DNA of 64,000 nucleotides from an uncultured Clostridia bacterium. Its GTDB lineage: Bacteria; Bacillota; Clostridia; Oscillospirales; QAKW01. Positions 9,238 through 18,313 of this stretch are shown here, in pieces. The position numbers and the translations under genes were made by a program. The stretch lies in NCBI GenBank assembly GCA_944385895.1, contig CALWYZ010000009.1, forward strand, positions 1,859 to 65,858, in the 5' to 3' direction. The stretch's first letter is position 1; the number at the start of each line of letters is the position of its first letter. The notes under the pieces are model-generated. The model had not been told where the DNA came from. It saw only the letters and a list, made by a program, of their open reading frames with translations, and searched no databases.

Positions 9238-9852
9238 ATGTTTATTATATCAAGAGTAATAATAGGATTCATTTTCTTTGCATGTATGATTATTTTAATA
9301 AAAAAACTTAAATTTGAGCATAAGCTTAAAGGATATGTTTTTTCTGTAATTTTATCGGTAATATTAATTACCGTTATTGCATTTTTACCTTTTGAGAATT
9401 TTTTTATTACGTTTGATTCTCCACAATCAGTTTACAACTATATGAATTTTGGTAAATCTAATGTTAAGTTAGTTATAAACGGTAAAAACAGTGATTTTGT
9501 AATTAACGATAAAATAAACTCATACTCTTATTTAATCGTTCCAAAATACAAAGATGGTTGGAAAATCGGATTAGGTGCTGATACTAAAATGATTATGCAA
9601 AAAATATATGATGATATTATTATAAACGTATTTCAATATAAAAACACTAATGATTATTTTATTGTATTATTAAATACTAATGGAGGCCCAATAAATTTAA
9701 AAGACAGTAATAATTCAAAATTTTATTCATTAGAAAAAACAAATAATCAACTTAATAAAGTTTTTATTACATATTTTCTTAATATATCTAATTTTGATTC
9801 TAAATATTGGTTAAGCATAAATGATAAAAAAATCTGTTTGCTAAATGATTAG
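9238..9852 (+). CDS. Candidate immunity protein for CT4 (polytopic N-terminus)
   Basis: Has its own RBS (TAGGAG), lies 22 nt after the CT4 stop, and has two N-terminal TM helices. Confidence 0.5.
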   Translation: MFIISRVIIGFIFFACMIILIKKLKFEHKLKGYVFSVILSVILITVIAFLPFENFFITFDSPQSVYNYMNFGKSNVKLVINGKNSDFVINDKINSYSYLIVPKYKDGWKIGLGADTKMIMQKIYDDIIINVFQYKNTNDYFIVLLNTNGGPINLKDSNNSKFYSLEKTNNQLNKVFITYFLNISNFDSKYWLSINDKKICLLND

Positions 9853-9912
9853 CTTATTTAGTATATTAGATATATAGCAAAAATAATTTAACCAAAAAGT
9901 TGATATCTGCAC

Positions 9913-10767
9913 ATGGCACTGGCAGATATAACAAACGGTTATTTGGGAGATCAGCTAACATATACTTATTCAGCATACGGAAAGAATTATACTTTGGATA
10001 TATCAGGAGATTTATTGTCTGCTGTAGGCAGCCTTAATTCCATCTTATTCAAAGGGTATATGTATGACAGAGACCTTGAGATGTACTATTGCGGCTCTCG
10101 CTGGTATGACCCTGAAATCTGCAGGTTTATAAACGGGGACAGCTATGTTTCTACTGGACAGGGACTTATTGGCTATAACATGTTTGTCTACTGCGGAAAT
10201 AATCCGGTAAACAGAGTTGATCCTGAAGGTGAGTTTTGGATCCCAGCGCTTGTACTTGCCATCGGCAGTCTTTTATTATTTTCAAGCTGTTCAACAAACG
10301 ATAACGAGTTTAAGTCAGCAGACGAAGCCGCTAAGGATTTTGCAAAAAAGACTTATAGTGCAACTGAATATACAATGCATGAGTATTCTACGGAAATTTA
10401 CACTACTAATAACGGTAAAACATATAAGTATACCGAACCGGCAATAGGAAGTCCACATCAAGCTACAGGATTTGACCTTAATCATGTACCTGAAGGCGGA
10501 ACTACTGTTGCCTATGCTCATACTCATCCTAATTATAATGGTTTTTCAGATGGAGATATAGAAACTGCCAATCATTTTAATATAGATGCGTATGTAATAA
10601 GTCCTAATCATGAATTGTTAAGGTATATTAAAGGTTCTACTGATTATGGAGGTCAATTCATTTCCTCCATAGAACCGGATCCGTTGACCTCAGCACAAAA
10701 ACAACAATTAAATCCCTGGAGAATCGCATGGGATGAACACATAGCCGAGTGTGATAAATGCAATTAG
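9913..10767 (+). CDS. Orphan rhs toxin tip CT5 with a JAB/MPN-like (DUF4329-like) C-terminal domain
   Basis: It has the longest 5' homology to the main rhs (ALADITNGY...YYCGSRWYDPEICRFINGD). The tip ends ...NNPVNRVDPEGEFW. The C-terminal domain contains AHTHPNYNGFSDGD (10519-10557). Confidence 0.7.
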   Translation: MALADITNGYLGDQLTYTYSAYGKNYTLDISGDLLSAVGSLNSILFKGYMYDRDLEMYYCGSRWYDPEICRFINGDSYVSTGQGLIGYNMFVYCGNNPVNRVDPEGEFWIPALVLAIGSLLLFSSCSTNDNEFKSADEAAKDFAKKTYSATEYTMHEYSTEIYTTNNGKTYKYTEPAIGSPHQATGFDLNHVPEGGTTVAYAHTHPNYNGFSDGDIETANHFNIDAYVISPNHELLRYIKGSTDYGGQFISSIEPDPLTSAQKQQLNPWRIAWDEHIAECDKCN

Positions 10768-10780
10768 GAGGAAATACATT

Positions 10781-11227
10781 ATGATCAAAAAAATACACGC
10801 AGCATTAATTATTTTTATACTTTTGCTTATTCTCTCCTCATGTAATAGGAATATTACAATTACAACTACCGACGTAGAGAAAGAATCCGATATAAATGAA
10901 GTCTGTATAGAAAAAGGTGTAAAACAGTGGGAGGATATTGGAAAAACGGTGGAATATTCATGCGTTGCTGATGAAGAAACCGCCATAAAAATTGCAGATG
11001 CAATAACATCACAATTACAAAAGCAGGGGTATTTTGATGATATTTTCTCTGATGGACTTTTATATCTCAGCAATGCTTTTTTCAACATCGAAGATAAAGT
11101 GTGGATCATGACCTACGGATCATACAAGCTTGATGATTCCGGTAATAAAGTTCCTATTCCCGGCTCGGATTTTTGTATGGCGATAAGTGAAGATGACGGC
11201 AGAGTATTACGTATGTGGTTTTATTAA
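10781..11227 (+). CDS. Lipoprotein, candidate immunity protein for CT5
   Basis: AGGAGG RBS. Signal peptide with lipobox-like ILSSC. Starts 14 nt after the CT5 stop. Confidence 0.5.
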   Translation: MIKKIHAALIIFILLLILSSCNRNITITTTDVEKESDINEVCIEKGVKQWEDIGKTVEYSCVADEETAIKIADAITSQLQKQGYFDDIFSDGLLYLSNAFFNIEDKVWIMTYGSYKLDDSGNKVPIPGSDFCMAISEDDGRVLRMWFY

Positions 11228-11237
11228 GGAGATACAA

Positions 11238-11810
11238 ATGCGTTGTAAATTATATATTATTTTGGGGTCCGTTTTATTTGCTATTATATTGATAATAATT
11301 TCTTTGTATTTCATTATAAAGATTAATGAAAAATATGATACACCGGAAAAATCATTTTTAAACAGCGCTCCGAACAATTCGTCATTAATAAAAATAATTG
11401 ACGAAGATAACGCAAGCATATTGGTTTACAAATCTAAAAACGGCGAATATTTATGCGACACAATATACAAAACTGACGACGGATGGTCATCAATCAAGCT
11501 GAGCCGTATTGACAGCACACGTTGTTCATTAAGTAAATACAAAAATGATACTACATCTTATATTGATGTAATGTATACCAATAATAAATACTTTATAACG
11601 GTATGCTATCAATCATACAAGTACAAGACGTATTATAATTCAGCTACAATAACAGACAGCATAAATTCCGATTTTAAAGCATTTTCCGTCTTTGACAGCT
11701 ATGAAGAGCGAAACGGTATAATAATATTTTACCTTGTATTGGATGAAATTCCGAATGATTATTATATTCTGTCCGGCGGTAAAATGATAAATATTGATCT
11801 TGAGACCTGA
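11238..11810 (+). CDS. Membrane-anchored hypothetical protein (second immunity-like ORF)
   Basis: AAGGAG RBS, N-terminal TM helix, no recognisable domain. Confidence 0.45.
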   Translation: MRCKLYIILGSVLFAIILIIISLYFIIKINEKYDTPEKSFLNSAPNNSSLIKIIDEDNASILVYKSKNGEYLCDTIYKTDDGWSSIKLSRIDSTRCSLSKYKNDTTSYIDVMYTNNKYFITVCYQSYKYKTYYNSATITDSINSDFKAFSVFDSYEERNGIIIFYLVLDEIPNDYYILSGGKMINIDLET

Positions 11811-11831
11811 AACAATCAGCAGATTTTTATC

Positions 11832-12985
11832 ATTCAACTGAGGTGGTATTTCTATGAAAAAATGGATGATCATAACACTGTCAATTACATATGCCATTGT
11901 ATTAAACGGTACTGTAATATTTCTGATACTCAACAGTAATCACCGGTATTGCAAAAAGCTTGTTAGTGCTATATACGATCATGATATTAAAAAAATAGAA
12001 CAGATATTAGAAAAAAAGCCCGGTTGTGTTAATACCTATCCTAACATTTTGCCCGATTCAATCACCTCTATTATAGAGGCTACTTCAAATTATCCTTTAA
12101 CGATTGCATGTAGACTGGGATACATGGATGTTGTGAAATTATTGGTTGAAGCGGGAGCTGATGTTAATAATTATAAAGACGGTCACGCTACAGCGCTTTC
12201 AGCAGCATATAATACTCTATCAGAAGATTGGTATGAAATATCTTTGTATCTGATAGAAAACGGAGCATCACTTGACTACGATACAGTTCATCATGGAGGA
12301 GTATTAGAAGATATTGTAAGCAGGCATCCGGGAGAGGATTCCCCAGGTGGTGCAGAAAAGGTATATAAATCATTTTTATATGCTTTTGAGCACTGCGACA
12401 AAAGCTTGATAGATTGGGACAGAGTTTTATTTGATAGTATTACATATAACTTAACAGTCGTTGTAGAATTCCTATTAGATAACCAATACTGCGGTGTAAA
12501 CAGTTATTTATCCACATCCTATACACCACTTATGAGAGCGGTAGAATATGAAAGGACTGATATAATACAGCTGCTGCTTGACAGAGGTGCTGACAAAACA
12601 ATGAAGAACGACGAAGGGAAAACAGCATACGATATTGCAATGGAAGAAGGCCATACCGATATCGCACAGATGGTCAAACCGTAAATAGATTTAACAATTT
12701 TAATGACATCTTTTTTATATCAAACAGATGCAAAATCAATTATTCCCTACTCTTATATAAGCAGACATATATAAGTCAATGCTTCCAAAATGGACAATCC
12801 ATTAATGACACATAACAGAAATACGTTTGATTTTGAGATGCAGTATTGCACCTCTGCTGATATGACCCTGTAATCTGCAGGTTTATAAACGGGGACAGCT
12901 ATGTTTCTACTGGACAGGGACTTATTGGCAAAACATGTTTGCCTACTGCGGAAATATTCCGGTAAACAGAGTTGATCCTGAAGGT
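11832..12985 (+). repeat. Second copy of the 1.1-kb ankyrin-immunity/linker/tip block
   Basis: See 4326-5470. Only about 10 nt of the CT1 3' end (ttcaactga) precede the immunity gene here. Confidence 0.8.
11854..12684 (+). CDS. Ankyrin-repeat immunity paralog with no cognate toxin upstream (orphan immunity)
   Basis: Collinear and highly similar to 4348-5172 along its whole length, with the same RBS context. Confidence 0.7.
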   Translation: MKKWMIITLSITYAIVLNGTVIFLILNSNHRYCKKLVSAIYDHDIKKIEQILEKKPGCVNTYPNILPDSITSIIEATSNYPLTIACRLGYMDVVKLLVEAGADVNNYKDGHATALSAAYNTLSEDWYEISLYLIENGASLDYDTVHHGGVLEDIVSRHPGEDSPGGAEKVYKSFLYAFEHCDKSLIDWDRVLFDSITYNLTVVVEFLLDNQYCGVNSYLSTSYTPLMRAVEYERTDIIQLLLDRGADKTMKNDEGKTAYDIAMEEGHTDIAQMVKP

Positions 12986-13462
12986 GAGTTTTGGATAGCT
13001 GCTATAGCAATAGTAACAACAGCTTTAGTGTTATTTAATCATGTAGTCAATAAAATTAATTTTAATAAAATTAGAGATGAAGTTTTAGATCAAAGATCTA
13101 TTTCAGAAGCAACACAAGAAATAAATAATATCTTGGAAAAATATAATAGTGAATTTGAATCTGAATCAAATAAAGCTATAGTGTCTGAAAAAGACTTTAC
13201 TGAATCATCTATTAAAATCCAGAACTCATATAAAGTTACTTCAAAATATGACAGACAATATATATGTGAAATAATTGCGCACACAGAATCAGTTAATACT
13301 GATTCATCTAAAATTGCAACTGAATGGTATTTACATAATTTAGCTTATAATTTGAATATTTTGCCTTCAAGCAGCAAAGACGCAGACTTGGATTTTTATG
13401 GAGATAAAAGAAAGTTAGTAGAATACAGTGGGCTAATTTTAAGAATATTTGGAGTAAGGTAA
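12935..13462 (+). CDS. Orphan rhs toxin tip CT6 (5' tip region degenerate)
   Basis: MFAYCGNIPVNRVDPEGEFW, then a TM helix and a roughly 140-aa unassigned domain. The upstream tip copy is out of frame (ggcaaaacatg versus ggctataacatg). Confidence 0.55.
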   Translation: MFAYCGNIPVNRVDPEGEFWIAAIAIVTTALVLFNHVVNKINFNKIRDEVLDQRSISEATQEINNILEKYNSEFESESNKAIVSEKDFTESSIKIQNSYKVTSKYDRQYICEIIAHTESVNTDSSKIATEWYLHNLAYNLNILPSSSKDADLDFYGDKRKLVEYSGLILRIFGVR

Positions 13463-13463
13463 A

Positions 13464-14381
13464 ATGAATAAAAAAATTTTCTACGCTATTATTCTGTCAG
13501 TATTACTGTTGGCGATTCTGAATTTGATTTTTATAACGGTATTTATTCTGTCTTTTCGATTAGATGATATAAAAAACACTAAAACAGATGAGTTTATGCA
13601 ATCTGTTAAAAGCGAGACAGATTCTCATATATCTTACGTTTTGTACGATAATTTATATTACAACGGTAAAATATATGATGGATACCAAAATTCATGTACA
13701 TTTGCTGTTGTAGACGATTACTCATATAGCCTTATAAAGACAAATGAAGGCTGTGAATACGGCAAAGAAGAATGGAAACTTGAGCGTCGCAGCTTGTCTG
13801 ATAAAACTAAAAAGATATTATATAATGATATTTTTAATAATTACTACAATAAATATTCTGAGTCCGATTGGGCGGTTCAAGATGTATACTATTACGACGG
13901 TAAAATAGTAATAAATGATTTAGAAAAAGTTGTTGAGTACAACTTGTCAACTGAAGTATTTAAAACATACAGCTATGCTGATTACAATTTCCCTATTGGT
14001 ATTTCTGTTGAAGCGGTAGACAAAAATACATTGAAATTTACAAAGAATGGTCAAACAAAGGAGTTAAAACTTGATAATGCATTAAATCAAAGTAAATCCT
14101 TAAAAACTATTTTTGATGAATTCAATAAGGAAAATACTTGGGACAAAAAGTCAAAGGTCAGAAATATACTTGCTTATACAGATTTAAACGATACTGTTTA
14201 CTATCCTTGGGTTGAAGTTAACTCTAATAAATGTTATATATTTGGTACGGTTTATAACAGAGAGGGTTGGCAATGGTGCGTTTTAACAGAATATGATTTT
14301 GAATCAAATTCCGTTAAATTTGTAGACACTATATATACTGGTGACACTATAACTGATATTTATTTTGTATATACAGATTAA
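13464..14381 (+). CDS. Candidate immunity protein for CT6 (N-terminal TM anchor)
   Basis: ATG lies 1 nt after the CT6 stop, with GGAG upstream. 305 aa with an N-terminal TM helix. Confidence 0.5.
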   Translation: MNKKIFYAIILSVLLLAILNLIFITVFILSFRLDDIKNTKTDEFMQSVKSETDSHISYVLYDNLYYNGKIYDGYQNSCTFAVVDDYSYSLIKTNEGCEYGKEEWKLERRSLSDKTKKILYNDIFNNYYNKYSESDWAVQDVYYYDGKIVINDLEKVVEYNLSTEVFKTYSYADYNFPIGISVEAVDKNTLKFTKNGQTKELKLDNALNQSKSLKTIFDEFNKENTWDKKSKVRNILAYTDLNDTVYYPWVEVNSNKCYIFGTVYNREGWQWCVLTEYDFESNSVKFVDTIYTGDTITDIYFVYTD

Positions 14382-14455
14382 GTGCAATAAATTATAACTA
14401 TTGTTTTATATAATACATTTTAATTGACAAGTAAAATAGCTTATAAATCAACCGG

Positions 14456-14634
14456 TATGCTCCTGTAATCTGCAGGTTTATAAACGGGGACAGCTATGTT
14501 TCTGGAAGGCTCAGGGACTTATTGGCAAAACATGTTTGCCTACTGCAAAAATAATCCGGAAAACAAGTTGATCATGAAGGTGAGTTTTGGATCCCAGCGC
14601 TTGTACTTGCCATCGGCAGCCTTTTATTATTTTT
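14456..14634 (+). pseudogene. Terminal degenerate rhs tip remnant
   Basis: Homologous to the CT5 region 10125-10283 (..gagttttggatcccagcgcttgtacttgccatcggcag..) but with multiple indels and no ORF. Confidence 0.6.
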
Positions 14635-14877
14635 AAGTTTTTTAAAAAATGACAATAAATATAAATCAGCGTATATATATTTGCTAATTTTTGCCATCGA
14701 TATTTGTGCATGATGTATAATTATTTTGATTTTTATATCTATCTATTGACATATATTGCATATTATTATATTGTATATAAGAAAGGAGGTTACCGTTATG
14801 AAATCTATATGATCAAATTGCGCAGCTGTGCATTGAGAGTTACCACTCACAGACTCAGCTAAGAAAGGAGATATAAT

Positions 14878-15876
14878 ATGCAAAAGTTAATATCTGTTTT
14901 ATGCGTTATTTTACTTTTTACATCTGTGTTTATGGCAATGCCGATCTATGCATCAGCAAACGATTACCAAGATAACCTGAACAGCTATGCATATCAAGAC
15001 ATTGATTCTGGTGACTGGTTTTACGAAGCGGCGGTACGTGCAAAGGAGCTGAACATAATGACCGGCATGTCCCAAAAAAATTTTGAGCCGGACACGCTTG
15101 TCACGCGCGAGATGTTCCTGACAGCACTCGAGCGAATGAAAATACATAATGGCATCAGTTTTAGTACGTTTTCCGCTTTCAGTGATATAAAAGAAGACAA
15201 ATATTACACAAAAGCTGTCAAATGGGCTGAATATAACGGCATTACAAAAGGTATTTCAGCCTCAGAGTTTGGGATTGGGCTGAACGTCACGCGTCAGCAA
15301 ATTGTAACATTTATTTACAGATATCTGCAGGACGGATATATCAAAATCAATTTGAAGCCGGCACAATCCCCTGCTGCGGAATTTTTCGACAGGCCTTCGG
15401 AATACGCAAAAGAAGCTGTCGATTATATGCGAAGCACAGGAATAATCGATGGCATGGGTGACGGTAAATTTGAGCCTGACGCACCAGCTACCCGGGCACA
15501 AATTGCGGCAATGCTTGTCAGGCTGTACGATGCAATGCGGAATGCTGACTTTGAATTCAATATAAGCCCGGATATTTCAAAAATCGAGGTCGTACATCAA
15601 ATACTGGATCCGCTCACCGGCCAGATACCGAAATCGAGATTTATAACGGACAGCTCTGAAATAGCAGATATTATAAATCAAATAAACAGCACTCATATAA
15701 CAAGCGGTACAGATATCGAGCTCACTGTCGGATGGGAATATGTGGCACGTTTCTCTGATAAACAGGGTAAAATTGTTTTTGCTGTCATGTTTACCGAAAG
15801 TTATATAAAAGAATCGAATTTTAGGTTCGAAACTAATGCATTTGAAAGATTTATAACATTTATAAATAATAATTAA
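14878..15876 (+). CDS. SLH (S-layer homology) domain protein
   Basis: Signal peptide. SLH-like repeats (DWFYEAAVRAKELNIMTG, YYTKAVKWAEYNGITKG, YAKEAVDYMRSTGIIDGMGDGKFEPD). Confidence 0.75.
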   Translation: MQKLISVLCVILLFTSVFMAMPIYASANDYQDNLNSYAYQDIDSGDWFYEAAVRAKELNIMTGMSQKNFEPDTLVTREMFLTALERMKIHNGISFSTFSAFSDIKEDKYYTKAVKWAEYNGITKGISASEFGIGLNVTRQQIVTFIYRYLQDGYIKINLKPAQSPAAEFFDRPSEYAKEAVDYMRSTGIIDGMGDGKFEPDAPATRAQIAAMLVRLYDAMRNADFEFNISPDISKIEVVHQILDPLTGQIPKSRFITDSSEIADIINQINSTHITSGTDIELTVGWEYVARFSDKQGKIVFAVMFTESYIKESNFRFETNAFERFITFINNN

Positions 15877-15892
15877 TATACCTTTTATAAAA

Positions 15893-15936
15893 AGCAGCCC
15901 AATGACAGTTTTACTGTCATTGGGCTGCTTTGGGTT
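15893..15936 (+). terminator. Rho-independent terminator-like hairpin after the SLH gene
   Basis: A 16-bp perfect stem, agcagcccaatgacag / ctgtcattgggctgct, followed by ttgggtt. Confidence 0.55.
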
Positions 15937-16202
15937 AATGCAAAAAATAATTTTTGACCAAAATAAATATGGCATCACACCTTAAACAAAAACTTAATAG
16001 GTATCTGCTATCATCGTGGGCATCTTGATTGAATAAAAAACAAAATCTATAAATTTAAATTGCATATCGAGGTTCTCTCTGTAAGCAGGGAAAAAAGATT
16101 TCCGACTAGCTGTCAAATATTAAAGCAAAAAATAACGCTGAACCCAAAACAACGGGTCCAGCGTCACGCTGTCTATGGGCTACAAAAAAGATATTGTCGG
16201 CA

Positions 16203-16229
16203 TTTTTGCATATGAATTCGAACTCTTAC
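16203..16229 (+). repeat. Left copy of a 27-bp direct repeat, tttttgcRtatgaattcgaactcttac
   Basis: Matches 18787-18813 at 26 of 27 positions. Confidence 0.85.
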
Positions 16230-16288
16230 GTTTCTCATGACCCTGACAAAACTAAACAGTTTAAAAGACGATAACCGATTATTGGTAA

Positions 16289-16729
16289 TTATAACTGTTG
16301 CATCATTGCTGAGATTGTTTGCTTCGCTATTCCAATAGCAATATCATGGGCTAAGCTTTCAAGGAAATGAAGAGTGTGATTACCAACTTTATTTGCAATA
16401 GATTTGGTTTTCTCCCATACAGTAGGTTCTTTAATGGTTTCGGCAAATTGATGTCCTTTCATTGTTACATCCATTATTACACAATCGTTTATGTATGTTG
16501 CCTCTTTATCTTTAGGCTGCTCGCATGATGTTTTTATGTATTCAGATTCTTTTAATTTTAAAACAGAATACATTATGTCCTTCTTTTGAAATTGCTGTAA
16601 TTCATTTGATTCATACATTTCTTTCAGCTCTATGATTTCACATTTCCAAATATATCCGGTTTCGGTATAATCAAGATTTTTGATACAATATAAAAGTACC
16701 GCTCTTAAACAATCTATGTTGATTCTCAT
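16289..16729 (-). CDS. YjcQ/DUF2513-like winged-helix protein
   Basis: The N-terminus MRINIDCLRAVLLYCIKNLD...IMYSVLKLKESEYIK resembles the YjcQ family by recollection. Not verified by a search. Confidence 0.45.
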   Translation of the reverse strand: MRINIDCLRAVLLYCIKNLDYTETGYIWKCEIIELKEMYESNELQQFQKKDIMYSVLKLKESEYIKTSCEQPKDKEATYINDCVIMDVTMKGHQFAETIKEPTVWEKTKSIANKVGNHTLHFLESLAHDIAIGIAKQTISAMMQQL

Positions 16730-16771
16730 ATTATCGTTCCTTTCCTTCTTTTTAATGAAGATAATTTCTGT

Positions 16772-18151
16772 TTATTTCAAATAGTATTTGTTCATATTCC
16801 CGCTTTTTTGCTTAACTGCATCCGATATTTTTTTCTTTATTAATTCTATTGAAATATCTTCCCAGTAATTCACATAAATCAAAATTATTCCATTTTCTTC
16901 GCTCAACCTTTTTTTTAATACATCCCTTCCTCTTTGTTCTTCAAAATGTTCTTTTCCTCCAAAATAGTCGATAGGCTCAAAGTGTTGCTTACCTTGATAT
17001 TCAAAAGCGATTTTTTCTCCATAAACAAAAACGTCGTAAGACATCTGCCCTTTTTTTGTGTGTAAAAAATACGGCCTATGTTGATGAACGACCTCGTTCT
17101 TCGAAAAAACTTTTTTAACGCACTCATACATTAATTCTTCAGATTTCCATCTGCTTTCAGTTCTTATATATTCCGTTGGTTGCAAACACTTTTGTAAATA
17201 CTTTGCTATGTTGTTTAAGATATCTTCATACTTTTCTGGAAAGAAATCTGCTTTTTGATAATCAATAAATGTCCAATATTTTATACAATTACTGGGAATA
17301 AATCTTGGGTGTAAATTATGGTCTTTTTGGGGATTAGTTTTCCGTTCCATGTAATATTGATAAAGCTTACATAATAAAAGTTCGTCGAATTCACTTATGT
17401 TGTTGTATGCTAAAAACTCAGGAAACCTATCCGATTTTTCTAATAAATCTTTTCTTACTTGTGGTTTGCCGTCAATAAACTCAAAAGCCATATACACTTG
17501 TCTTGTATTCTTCTCCATATCAGAAATGGCATTTAATATATATCGTGTTACATAAGGAGATGTTGTACTGTCAACTGCATATGCGTGTTTCCCATTGCAG
17601 GTAAGTTCAAAAATAATAAATGTATGCGGCATTCCTTTCCAATTATCAACTCTATTTTTTAATTCTAAAAAAGGAAAAGCATCTGAAACTGCATAAAAGT
17701 TTGTTTTTAAATGATCAAGCTTACCTGCGTTAAACTCTTCCTCTTCAAGCAAATTCAAACTTCTTATAGGTTTATCAATATTCGCGTTGAAAAACTTGTA
17801 TATATAAGGAGCATACAAAGCATCTTTACCGAAAATCGCTTTTCTTAGTTTTGTGGCATTAATTTTGAAAAGCTCGTTATAAGTTAACTCTTCAATAACC
17901 AGTATATGTCCTGTCAACGTGCTAAATCTTCCGTAATTATTTTTTGAGTAATAATCCACATCATCATCAGTTAGGTCAATTATTTTTTTAATAGCAAAAT
18001 AAACAACAAAGCAATCTTCAATAACATATACTCTCGCATACTCACTCATATCGTAACAAATGAAAGTATATTTATCAAAGAACATTTCAAATACTTTTGA
18101 TGACTTTTGATAAAATGCTGATAAATCATTGTAAAAATCCTTAAGATTCAT
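16772..18151 (-). CDS. 459-aa protein: unknown N-terminal region plus a C-terminal PD-(D/E)xK-type (Vsr/DUF559-like) endonuclease motif
   Basis: The C-terminal SYDVFVYGEKIAFEYQGKQHF...GRDVLKKRL...GIILIYV resembles the D...(I/V)E.(D/Q)G..H core of Vsr/DUF559-type nucleases. Confidence 0.45.
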   Translation of the reverse strand: MNLKDFYNDLSAFYQKSSKVFEMFFDKYTFICYDMSEYARVYVIEDCFVVYFAIKKIIDLTDDDVDYYSKNNYGRFSTLTGHILVIEELTYNELFKINATKLRKAIFGKDALYAPYIYKFFNANIDKPIRSLNLLEEEEFNAGKLDHLKTNFYAVSDAFPFLELKNRVDNWKGMPHTFIIFELTCNGKHAYAVDSTTSPYVTRYILNAISDMEKNTRQVYMAFEFIDGKPQVRKDLLEKSDRFPEFLAYNNISEFDELLLCKLYQYYMERKTNPQKDHNLHPRFIPSNCIKYWTFIDYQKADFFPEKYEDILNNIAKYLQKCLQPTEYIRTESRWKSEELMYECVKKVFSKNEVVHQHRPYFLHTKKGQMSYDVFVYGEKIAFEYQGKQHFEPIDYFGGKEHFEEQRGRDVLKKRLSEENGIILIYVNYWEDISIELIKKKISDAVKQKSGNMNKYYLK

Positions 18152-18313
18152 ATTATTACCTCATATGCCAATCATATCAACATAATTAAGAAATTATCTG
18201 ATAGAGTTATTACTAATCGTTTATATTATCATATCATATTTTTTCATTTCTTTCAATTCCTACAGAAAATGTCGTAAAATTGTTTCAATGCATTCAATAT
18301 AGGAGTTTAAAAT

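Noticed and set aside
14798-14812. Four-codon mini-ORF (MKSI) with a strong AAGGAGG RBS upstream of the SLH gene
   Set aside because: It is too short to support as a gene or leader peptide from sequence alone, and no obvious attenuator structure follows.
16203-16229. Direct repeat as a tRNA 3'-end fragment (classic integrase att site)
   Set aside because: It contains gttcgaattc, which is reminiscent of a T-loop. However, there is no complementary T-stem or acceptor arm, and it does not match the 3' end of the nearby tRNA-Pro. It is kept only as an unexplained direct repeat.
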